Below, in pieces: positions 54,895 through 64,000 of a stretch of 64,000 nt of DNA. The notes under the pieces were generated by a model. The model was not told where the DNA came from, searched no databases, and was given only the letters and a program-made list of their open reading frames with translations. Source of the stretch: Amoeboaphelidium occidentale (lineage: Eukaryota); assembly GCA_023515795.1 (NCBI GenBank), contig JALGPX010000050.1, positions 1-64,000 on the forward strand. Direction: 5' to 3'. Made by a program: the position numbers and the translations under genes. Positions within the stretch are counted from its first letter, which is position 1, and the number at the start of each line of letters is the position of its first letter.

Positions 54895-57639
54895 CTATTT
54901 GAATTTTGACCACGGTGTTCGTCTGGAAATCATCTCGTAAAGTAAGGATGCCCAAGAGTAAACATCTCCCGCTTTGAAGGTATCCGCACTATCGCTAAAA
55001 ACAGTTTTAGCTCTTTGTCTTTTAAATGTCTCAGGTGAAGCATAGGCAAACGATAATCCTCTAATGTTTGAAACATTGAAACCGTTAACCACCAAACTCA
55101 TAGAAAGAACTTGAGTGATACCGAAATCAGTCAGAACACAAAATGCAAAACCATCCTTATCAGTATCAATTAAAACATTAGCACTCTTGATGTCTGAATG
55201 CGACAAATCGTGCTGATGAAGAGCACTTATTCCAGAAGCAATATCGGAGATGAAATGCAGCATGATTCTTTTTGTGATTCTTTTCTCGTTCTTTATGAAT
55301 TTATCCAATGGTCCAAGGCGATAATGCTTCATAAGGATACTCAGAGGCTCTGATCTACAATAACCAATTATCTTTGCAATGTTTTTATGGTTCTTCAGCA
55401 TTGCCATAATGCTCAACTCTTGTTCAAACAGTTTAGCTTGTCTAGCGTTCAAGTTCTGGTTACTTGAATTGGAAATCAATCGCTTTACAACTATGACATT
55501 TCCAAAAATACTGGTCTTTTCATCCAAAGCATCGGCCAGGTACACCTCACCTCCCCCTCCTTGTGAAAGTTTTGACGTTACTCGAAAGCTTGTATCTGGT
55601 ACTTCCATGTAAGCTGGGACCGAAAGCACTTCCTGGCTAAAGGAAACAAGAGTGGCTGTCTCTGTTGAATACGAATCAGGTCTAGCAGGAGTTACCTTAT
55701 AGACCGGCGGAACAGATGGGAGGTAGATTGCTGACTTGAATTGAGCGTAATCACGTCTTTGCCAATATCTTTTATAAAAGAAATAGGCTGCCAATAATAT
55801 TAAAAGTAGTGCGAAACCAGCGCCACCAATTATTATATAGATTAAAGTAGACAAATCTAGGAGATTTTCTAATGTCACTGAATTGTCCGGACTAACGCTA
55901 GGATTAACCGATCGAGAAATCAATGCTCTTCTTGAGGATCTGTTGTCGTCAACATCACTAACAGAAGTTTTGTTAGAGTAAGTAGAACTCGGATGAAAAG
56001 TTGTTAATGCTGATGCAACAGAAGAAGTTATTTGACTCTCATCCCTTATTGCTGAAGTTTGGTATTCCCCAATCCTTGTTTCCGCTGCTGTTGTTAATAT
56101 TTCTGTTGATATTGCTTTCTCTGAAGCAGTTGTCGTGGAAGTTTCTTCTAATTTCGTAGTTGGTGTAGAAACAGGCGGTACCTCTGAGGCAGTTGAAGTA
56201 GAAGAAAATTCAGACGTAATTTCGGTTGTGCTCGTAGTTTGTGATGTTGTGGTTGTGCTACTTGTAGATCCCACGACTAGTTCTGGTGCAGCAAATTGAA
56301 GTTTCCAAAGATCGCCATTATCTTGCCCGCCGAAAATGTATGACGCGTTCATGCTACTAAAAAATGCAGAACCACCTCTCCATCCTGGTCGATTTTGACT
56401 GCTTTGTACACGATAGGTCCCGTATTTTGGTGCAATCTTGGAGCAAGTATCATTAATGACAAGGTCCCATGTAAAGGTTTGAACATCAAACAGCCACTCG
56501 TCTGAACATTCATAGAAATCAATATTGGCATCCGTATAATCACCTCCTTGAAGCAAAATCTGATTCCTTCCCGCATCGTACAACCAATTTGGAGATATCT
56601 TTGCTGCTGGATAAGCATAGCGAGAGTCAACCGTATAATTCCCAGGATCGTATGCATATGGTGACCCTCCAACAAATGCCCACATACCAGCTGTGATATT
56701 GTACATCCAAGTCTCTGATGTGCAAGCCCAGGTAGTATCCATAGATCCTCTAATTGGGAGAGGTCCACAACCTCCTGTAACAAAAAGGAGGTTGTCATGT
56801 GTTACAATCATGGATGCTGTTCTTCGTAAACCTGGCTTATTTCCACTACTCAATGCACCATAAGACTCGATTATTGAGAACTCATTGGTGCTTGAGCTCC
56901 ACAGGGCAGTAAATCGGTTGTTCGACACGCGATACCTCCAAAGAGTATTGGAAGTATATCCAGAGCCGTCGCCACCAAATATGTAAAGAAGTTTATCATT
57001 ATGGCTGTATGCAAATGCAGCGACTTGAAGACCGCCGATATTTGTAGTGTCAGACTCTTCCATGGGAACAAATACAGGCATCTCATCAAGCTCTGTTGTT
57101 CCCCCTATCCACGTAAACATGTTTGTATCAACATCATAAGACCAAAGGTCATTCAAATAACCAAAGTAGGGGTAAATTGTTTTTCCTATGCCTCCAATTA
57201 TGAAGAACTTTCTCAAATCAGAATCATAGAAGTATATAAACTCCCCACGAGAACCCGGATAAATACTACTGTTTGTATCTCCAATAGAAGTATAAACTCC
57301 AACTGCTTCTACCTGATTGCTTCCGTGAATCCATGTCCAAGCAGAGGAAGCATCTCTTGAGAAATCGCATTTCCACAAATCATTAGTTCTATCATACCCC
57401 AATTCATAGTCTGAGTATGTATAACCCCCAAATACATATGCAGCGTTTTTTAGATCATCAACGAACATGCCTGAGTAATGCCGTGACCCGACTTTATTTG
57501 ATGCTAGATAGACACCTCTCGATGGCGGATACACTGCGCCTGTTCTATAAGTTTCACCTCCCCACCAGGTCCAATTGTACGGGATAGACTGTGTAAAGAC
57601 TGAGGATGCTAATAGTGGCGCCAACAGTTGAATGATCAT
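54895..57639 (-). CDS. Kelch-ectodomain receptor-like kinase (intronless)
   Basis: Signal peptide, Kelch repeats (FGG...NDLW), S/T-rich stalk, TM helix and kinase QGGGGEV/VVK/HSDIKSAN/DFG/YASPE. Confidence 0.9.
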   Translation of the reverse strand: MIIQLLAPLLASSVFTQSIPYNWTWWGGETYRTGAVYPPSRGVYLASNKVGSRHYSGMFVDDLKNAAYVFGGYTYSDYELGYDRTNDLWKCDFSRDASSAWTWIHGSNQVEAVGVYTSIGDTNSSIYPGSRGEFIYFYDSDLRKFFIIGGIGKTIYPYFGYLNDLWSYDVDTNMFTWIGGTTELDEMPVFVPMEESDTTNIGGLQVAAFAYSHNDKLLYIFGGDGSGYTSNTLWRYRVSNNRFTALWSSSTNEFSIIESYGALSSGNKPGLRRTASMIVTHDNLLFVTGGCGPLPIRGSMDTTWACTSETWMYNITAGMWAFVGGSPYAYDPGNYTVDSRYAYPAAKISPNWLYDAGRNQILLQGGDYTDANIDFYECSDEWLFDVQTFTWDLVINDTCSKIAPKYGTYRVQSSQNRPGWRGGSAFFSSMNASYIFGGQDNGDLWKLQFAAPELVVGSTSSTTTTSQTTSTTEITSEFSSTSTASEVPPVSTPTTKLEETSTTTASEKAISTEILTTAAETRIGEYQTSAIRDESQITSSVASALTTFHPSSTYSNKTSVSDVDDNRSSRRALISRSVNPSVSPDNSVTLENLLDLSTLIYIIIGGAGFALLLILLAAYFFYKRYWQRRDYAQFKSAIYLPSVPPVYKVTPARPDSYSTETATLVSFSQEVLSVPAYMEVPDTSFRVTSKLSQGGGGEVYLADALDEKTSIFGNVIVVKRLISNSSNQNLNARQAKLFEQELSIMAMLKNHKNIAKIIGYCRSEPLSILMKHYRLGPLDKFIKNEKRITKRIMLHFISDIASGISALHQHDLSHSDIKSANVLIDTDKDGFAFCVLTDFGITQVLSMSLVVNGFNVSNIRGLSFAYASPETFKRQRAKTVFSDSADTFKAGDVYSWASLLYEMISRRTPWSKFK

Positions 57640-57840
57640 TTGTTGAAAGTACCATTCGAAGCGCTAATCAGTAAGCTTGCAAATCATGACACCAGCGGAT
57701 TGGTTGAAATGTAAACTGAGCATAACTAAAACTTTGCTTGTTTAGCATGTTCAGGATGCATTATGAAAATATGGTTACAATTGAGTGTTCAAGGACTGTG
57801 CTATAATATATCGGAAAAGATAAATTGCTAATGTTTATTC

Positions 57841-58323
57841 TCATGATCCACGACCGCCTCCATTGCCATATCCACGACGAGGTTGCGGCGGTGGTGGAGG
57901 TGGGCGACGTGGTGAAGGTGGACGAGGAGGTGGTGGAGGAGGCATGCGCGGTGGAGGTGGGGGTACATGTGGTGGCGAAGTTGTCATTGGTGGTGGCGGA
58001 GGCACAACAGTAGAAGTTTCAGGCCGTGACAGGGTGCTGCTCGTTGGTTGAGGAGGTGGAGTACTGCTTGTTTGAGTTGGTGGAACTGGTGGAACCAAAG
58101 TTGTTTCTTGTGCTGGATATGATATAGATACAGTTGTTGTCGGACCTACTGGTGGAAGAGGCGTCATGTACGTGACAGCTGGTGGAGATGGAATATGTGT
58201 CGACAGATCAGGAAGAGCAGACGTTTTTCGTGCTGAACCAGAACAAGGCGCAGCTCCATTCGCGTCGGGAGCAGCAAATGTTGTCAGTGAAAGCAAAGTT
58301 GAAACAATCAGGATGATCTTCAT
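57841..58323 (-). CDS. Small secreted Pro/Thr-rich (extensin-like) protein
   Basis: Signal peptide MKIILIVSTLLSLTTFA, poly-Pro runs and an R/G-rich tail. Upstream TATA-like CATAAAAAG and downstream AATAAA. Confidence 0.7.
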   Translation of the reverse strand: MKIILIVSTLLSLTTFAAPDANGAAPCSGSARKTSALPDLSTHIPSPPAVTYMTPLPPVGPTTTVSISYPAQETTLVPPVPPTQTSSTPPPQPTSSTLSRPETSTVVPPPPPMTTSPPHVPPPPPRMPPPPPPRPPSPRRPPPPPPQPRRGYGNGGGRGS

Positions 58324-59263
58324 AATACAATGTCGATTGCCAAAACAATAGATTTAGAAATGACATTGACAGTTACGGCCGCTTTTTATGCGATGCTTGT
58401 GTTAGTCGCACATCTTTTTATTGGCTAGGGAGTTACACAATTTAGATCTCATGTCGCACAATTACATGAATCCACGTTACACAGGTTTGACAGGTGATTT
58501 AGAAGAAAACCTGTACGATTTTCCTTAAAATAATCACCGTTTATGAAAACAAAATTAAGCTCTTCTTTTTGCTCATTATAGCGGCAAAATTCTATCACCT
58601 CTTGAACATAACGTTGAAACAAAGGGTTCAAAATGCAGATGATAGAGGTGTGCTCATTAATGGACCATTCAAGATACACTTCATTAAGGTGAAATTGGAA
58701 CGACCACGTTTGAAGGCACTAGAGTAATGCTAAATAAAGTGATTATCATTGTTTTCAGAGTGATTATATCTCGGTTTAAAACGTCGCAATATTCCTTATT
58801 GGCAACGGCTCGCACTTTCATGCTAAGAGATAATTGAGTTAGTCAAAGCCCTATCATTCTTTTTTTGTAGAAAATGTTTCATAGCAATGTATGCGCGTTA
58901 TTATGACAAATAGTTATTTCAAGCTTTATCCCGTTGCTGCCGACAAGACTCACGAAAAGAAATTTGATTATAACTTTTCATCACATTCCATCTGGGCTAG
59001 GGCCCCGATGTGTAGCAGATTCTCTTGATGATGTCTTTGTATAGTGTAAGTCAATGCCTGAATGAGCGGTCTTCGCCATGAGCCCAGCAAGGAAATTTGC
59101 GTACCTATCAACAATGATATTGCTGTATTTCAAGGTATATTGATTTTTATCAACGGAGCTATGTTTCATGAAAAGAGCTGTCAGACAAGCCGATGTTTGA
59201 AATTCTTTGAGAGTACATTCTAGTTGTTTCCCTGCGATATCCGTTTGAAAAACAGCCTTTTTT

Positions 59264-62200
59264 ATGATGATCATCCGAATGTTCATATCTTTACTGTCAT
59301 TACTAAGCTTAGTCTCTTTGGTTTCAACGCTGCAGCATGAGAAGAGCTTTGTTTTTGATAGTTCTGCCTCTAATGTTGTAGACATAGCGCTGTACAATCG
59401 GTCATTGCTCATAACAGCTTCAAATGCAGTAGTCCAGAAGGATATTGAAACAGGCATTTTTCTTAGAAAATTTTCTGCGCATTCAGGCAAAATTCGTAGT
59501 TTTTTGGTTGTCAATGGCTCTATAATGATAACCTCAGCTTGGGACGATATGATCATCGTTTGGGACTTGGCTACTGGCTCAATTCTGAGGAGAATATGGC
59601 TGGAAGCCTTAAATACATATCCTTCGAGCATAAAGTTAGAGAGCAATAGTTTGTTTGTATGTGGACTTGATGGTAGGGTAAGGATTGTGAATATGATGTC
59701 TGGTAGAGTTGTTCAAACAACCTGTAATTTCTTTCTTGATTTCTTATGATTTCTTTAGCCCTGAACGAAGAAGTAAATGTAATTGCTGTTAAAGATGATA
59801 ATTTTTATGTCGGAAAACGAGGAATATCATCTCAGTTGGAAAAATATTCTACAACTTCCAGATCTTTACAACTGATGTATGTGGGCCATAAAGATTCTGT
59901 CTTCAGTTTGTCTCTGCAAGAGGGGTTGCTTTTTTCTGGCTCATATGATACCAACATTGTCTGTTGGGATGAAATGAATGGACAAATAATCCGTATATAT
60001 GAAGGCCATCCGGCACCAATTCAGGTTATTTCTATTTTTGAAAATTATTTGTATTCCAGTGGTGAACAAGGTATTATATTGAAATGGAATATTGATTCCG
60101 GAATCATTGAAACAAGCTTTCCGGCTCTTCATGGAAGCACCATTTGGTGTTTGGCGTTTGAGAGCGGAAGTTTGTTCTCAGGGTCTATTGATACAACTGT
60201 TGTCCGGTGGGATGTAAACTCTTCATCCGCACTTTTTTCATATGAGGGTCGCATAATCAAGCTTGGCTGTCTTGTTTTGTGGAAAAATGCCGTTATAGCT
60301 GGAGGTAATAATCCACTATTGTCGATTCAGGACAAGTCGCAAGATTCTGTTTCACCAGTCGAAATTACGTCTGGGCATTTCGGTGATGTTATCTGTATGA
60401 TATTACTCGATGACACTCTTTTTTCAGGAAGTACCGATACGACCATTCGCCGCCGAAGTTTGATCGACTACGCTGATTTGAAAATTTATTACGGTAAGAA
60501 TTTGCCCATCAGGATTTAAATTTTATAGGCCATTCCAATATTGTTAGTTCGTTGGCTTTAGACGAAAATTACATGTATTCTGGTTCTTATGATTCTGTGA
60601 TTAAACGTTGGAATATATCAACCGGATCTGTGGATAAAGAGTATATTGGTCATACAGATTTAGTCTGCGGTATTCAAGTGAAAAGAGAGTTTCTTTATTC
60701 TGCTTCTTTTAATAATGATTTGAGAGTTTGGGATAAAGAATTGGAGATCACGATCAATGCTTTTCAGTGTAAGTTTGTACCGCGAATTAACAGTTTAGAT
60801 TTCAAAGAAGTGTTCTGCATCTTCGTTTATGATGATTTTCTTATTGTGGGAACATTTGGTATCGACATTATTTCGACCTCCACTGGTGTACTGTTGGCTG
60901 GACAAAAAGGTTTAACACGGAAGTCTTCACCACTAATTTTATAGAAAATACTATTTGCTTTACAATTATAGCTACAAAGTTGCTTGTTTATTCAGGGCAC
61001 GGCGATGGTGTGATAAGAGGAAGAGATCTGATGACTTTAAATGTTTTGCAATCGTTTCAGGGCCACAAAGATAATGTGATGTCACTTTGTTTGGATGAGG
61101 CTGGTATCTTATTTTCGACGGGGTTTGATGGCTCTATTAAGAAATGGAACATGGCTTCCAGAAGAGTTTCTTTTTCATATGAAAATCGAAATGGTTCTGT
61201 AACAGCATTGGTTGCAACGAGTGGACTCTTGGTGGTCGGAACAAGGCAAGGATTAATCAACTCGTTTGACATACGAACTGCGTACATAATCAAGTCCACA
61301 GCTCACCATCAAAGTTCTGTGACATCCTTGACTATATATGATGGGATGATCTACTCAACTGGGAGGGACGGGATTGTTCTTGCATTTCGTCCGGCTGATA
61401 CCTCGATCTCGGATGTTTTGTACGATACAGAGACTCTCCCTATCGCAAGCGCGACTCTCAACATGTTAAATTTGATAATAGTCAGAGGTGAGAACGAGGT
61501 TATTTTTTTACCCAGGACGAACTCAAGTAGTTCAGTGAGAAGTCTTAATTATGCTTTGCCAATTGTGAGTATCGCAGCCAATGATGATATGATATTTGCT
61601 GGCACAAAGGCTGGGTCGATTGTCGTTTGGAGCGCCACATCTTTGCAGACTTTGTTTTATATGGAAGAACACACTTCTCAAGTCAATTATCTTTTGCTGA
61701 CAGATTCTTCGCTCTATTCCGCATCAAATGACAAAACCGTCATCAAATGGTCTGTAGAGCAAAGACGAAAGATGATTGTGTTTAAAAGATTTTCTTCGAC
61801 GGCACTTGGACACTTGGGCCCCGTGAATTCTTTATCTTTGTCCGGCGATACTTTGTTTTCTGCTGGTTCAGATTTATCAACTCGGCGATGGAATGCACAA
61901 ACAGGCCGCCATGAAGATGTGTACTTTGGAGCCACAAAGTCTGTAATGTCTGTTTTTTGCTTCAACGGATCTGTTTTTGCTGGTAGTGAAGATTTCTCGG
62001 TGCTGATGTATTCACGTAACCTTCCGTTGAATGCCGCAACTCGAAATGCGATTAGCCTTTCAACAAAAACTAAGCGAGGGGTCAGAAGAAAGATTGTTTC
62101 GAGAACTAATTACTCTGGCTCTGAAAATTCACAAACTGTATTTTTAGTTGGTGGAATCGTTGCCTTATTGATAATTGCCGTTACCGCTATTTGGGCATTA

Positions 62201-63007
62201 TTCTATTGTTCATCGAAACCAAGTATTAAGCAGATTGAGAAACATGGGTTGTTTATACAGGAATTATCAGAAATTACTACTGATTTGGAAACGGTTGTTA
62301 ACACCGTTGTCGGCTTATCGAAACATGCTGCTTACATGGTGGCGAACTCAAACGTTGCAACTATTAAGAAGCTTGCATCTGGTGGTGGAGGAGAGATATT
62401 TTTGGCTCGAGTTATGAACGCCTTTTTAACAGAAAAGACCGGAAATCTGGTGATACAGAAGATAGTTTTCATCAAGAACTCCAAATCAGAGGAAGCTTTC
62501 TACCAAGAAGTCGGGATAATGATCATGTTATCTCCGTTTCCGAACTTCTGTCGTATAATCGGACTAACAGAAAAACCTGCGTCGATGATCTTGCAGTATT
62601 ATCCTGACGGTTCATTGCAAAGCTGGATTCAAGGAAACAGGTATGACCGAGGTGCTATCGCAAAAATTTCAAAAGAAATTTCTTCTGCTTTGAAAATTAT
62701 GCATTCGCATTACTTGGCTCACTGTGATATTAAACCTCAGAATGTTCTGATTGAAATTGTGGAGGGAATTCCCACATGTTTTGTAACCGATTTCGGTATT
62801 ACTCAAGTACTATCTGATAAGATCCTGGCATCTCGTGATTTTCAAGTGACTAATCTTAGGGGATTATCAGTACCTTATGCTGCCCCAGAAGCATTTTCCT
62901 GTTTCATAAAAAGAGAGTTTTTTGGAGTTGACTTGAAGAAATTTGATATTTACTCGTTCGCTTGTGTAGTACTAGAACTTCTAACTAGAAAGATTCCGTG
63001 GTGCTGA
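59264..63007 (+). CDS. WD40-ectodomain receptor-like kinase 4 (5 exons)
   Basis: Same architecture. Introns 59724-59758, 60494-60528, 60769-60798 and 60910-60944. HCDIKPQN, DFG and YAAPE. Confidence 0.9.
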
Positions 63008-63161
63008 TTAATCTTTTGGAATAGGAATGTGGTCAAAATGACAATAAAATGAAGATTTTCCGAGTGCGGGAAATGCTATTGGGTTGCATTACCCTGTCCT
63101 TGGTTAAGTTTAACCTGACCCATTCAACCCGTTTATTACAGGTTAAACTTTACATATTGTA

Positions 63162-63465
63162 TTATCTCGATAGTCTGACCAGATCAGTACCTGAAGAAAA
63201 AGCTCTCTATGACCGAACGCTAGTTGCTTGAAATGTTAAATAGTCTTTTGCGATGGCAGATAATATTGGGAAATTGTAAACACTGCTAGCCCAATGAGCC
63301 AAAACCTCAGTTTTTCTGGAAGAGTAGGACTGTCAAAGTATCTTGTTCTTTCGACTTGAGCAGCAACAGAGGTGACATCCGTTTTGGAGCGTTTTCTCTT
63401 CATAAAGTTTTCATACGCGCTTATTGGGTTATAAGAACCTGTTAGAGTAGGGTTTTCTTCTAGCG
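63162..63465 (-). mobile_element. Decayed hAT DNA transposase remnant (C-terminal dimerisation domain)
   Basis: Manual translation gives QVERTRYFDSPTLPE, a frameshift, then EVLAHWASSVYNFPILSAIAKDYLTFQATSVRS*RAFSSGTDLV. This matches hAT P.LS..A..YL...ATS..SER.FS with Glu replaced by a stop. Confidence 0.8.
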
Positions 63466-63500
63466 GCTTTTATCTTCCTTCGTTAAATTGTCGCTAACTA

Positions 63501-64000
63501 TTAATCCTTTGACAATTTTGGCCACTTTAACCGTGCCGTTGGAGTCTTGGCTGCTGCATCAGAATCACTTGCATATTCCCTTAAAGTTAAAAACTTTTTG
63601 CAAGCTCTGCGGAATTTAGTCGAACACTGTGGTTTGAGCAGCTTCTCAATATCTTTTCGAAGGGCATCATTCCGAACAAGCCCTTTGGGAAATAAAATAT
63701 CACGAAGTGTTTCATCAATGATACCAAGAATTAGATAGTCATTTTCGTCACATCGGTATCGCCAGTCCCTAGAAGGAACATAGAACCTCCATTCTAAACA
63801 ATTCTTCAGAATATCTACTTGTCCCTGAAAGAATTCATCATATTGCACGAAACAACTGAACGAACTGATCAAATCGCTCACAAAGTCGTTAAAGAATAAG
63901 TCGTAGTTAAACCTTCTTTTACCAATAATCTCTTTAAACAGGAACTTGTAAAGTTTGGCTAGTCTCGGAAGATTCTTTGGGCAACAGTATTGATTGATGA
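63501..64000 (-). CDS. Partial hypothetical protein (3' part; starts beyond the window)
   Basis: Frame is open from the window end to the stop at 63501. No family recognised. Confidence 0.5.
   Translation of the reverse strand, partial: INQYCCPKNLPRLAKLYKFLFKEIIGKRRFNYDLFFNDFVSDLISSFSCFVQYDEFFQGQVDILKNCLEWRFYVPSRDWRYRCDENDYLILGIIDETLRDILFPKGLVRNDALRKDIEKLLKPQCSTKFRRACKKFLTLREYASDSDAAAKTPTARLKWPKLSKD

Noticed and set aside
58981..59646. 221-aa minus-strand ORF
   Set aside because: Mostly antisense to exon 1 of WD40 kinase 4, with a non-ATG start and no recognisable motifs.
43275..62000. Fragmented WD40 ORFs read as pseudogenes or as NLR/HET-E-like genes
   Set aside because: The breaks are explained by short introns that restore the frame. 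There is no NACHT/NB-ARC P-loop, and the repeats lack HET-type high internal identity.
1..64000. Alternative genetic code (TAA/TAG read as Gln)
   Set aside because: Conserved genes end at TAA or TAG at the expected positions (eS1, mago nashi, KRI1), and long ORFs have no in-frame TAA/TAG.

Overview
Gene-dense eukaryotic DNA with the standard genetic code, very short introns (mostly 29-46 nt) and intergenic gaps often under 150 bp. The gene content (G-beta, KRI1, Sho1, Sla2, Lsb6, mago nashi, eS1, NDUFB4-like, SCAPER-like) points to an early-diverging fungus or fungal relative. An aphelid-like organism is my inference, not an identification. Bases 1-38.9 kb are mostly housekeeping genes plus secreted proteins: three class-3 lipases, a CAP protein and a Tyr-Pro repeat glycoprotein. 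They also hold a Kelch-ectodomain receptor pseudokinase and an unusual F-BAR-PH-C2-RasGAP. Bases 39-64 kb look accessory: a GT25 / methyltransferase / GT25 triplet, then an array of five single-pass receptor-like kinases, a secreted proline-rich protein and a decayed hAT transposase. Four of the array kinases have large extracellular WD40 regions and one has Kelch repeats. All five are non-RD (HCD/HSD). All six receptor kinase domains in the window stop just after helix alphaF, so they lack subdomains X-XI. Features missed by the ORF track include an NDUFB4-like gene, a candidate intronic C/D snoRNA in the eS1 gene and the hAT remnant. All five N-gaps are flanked by near-identical duplicated sequence, which is an assembly artefact. 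Family calls come from motif recognition by eye; no database searches were run.
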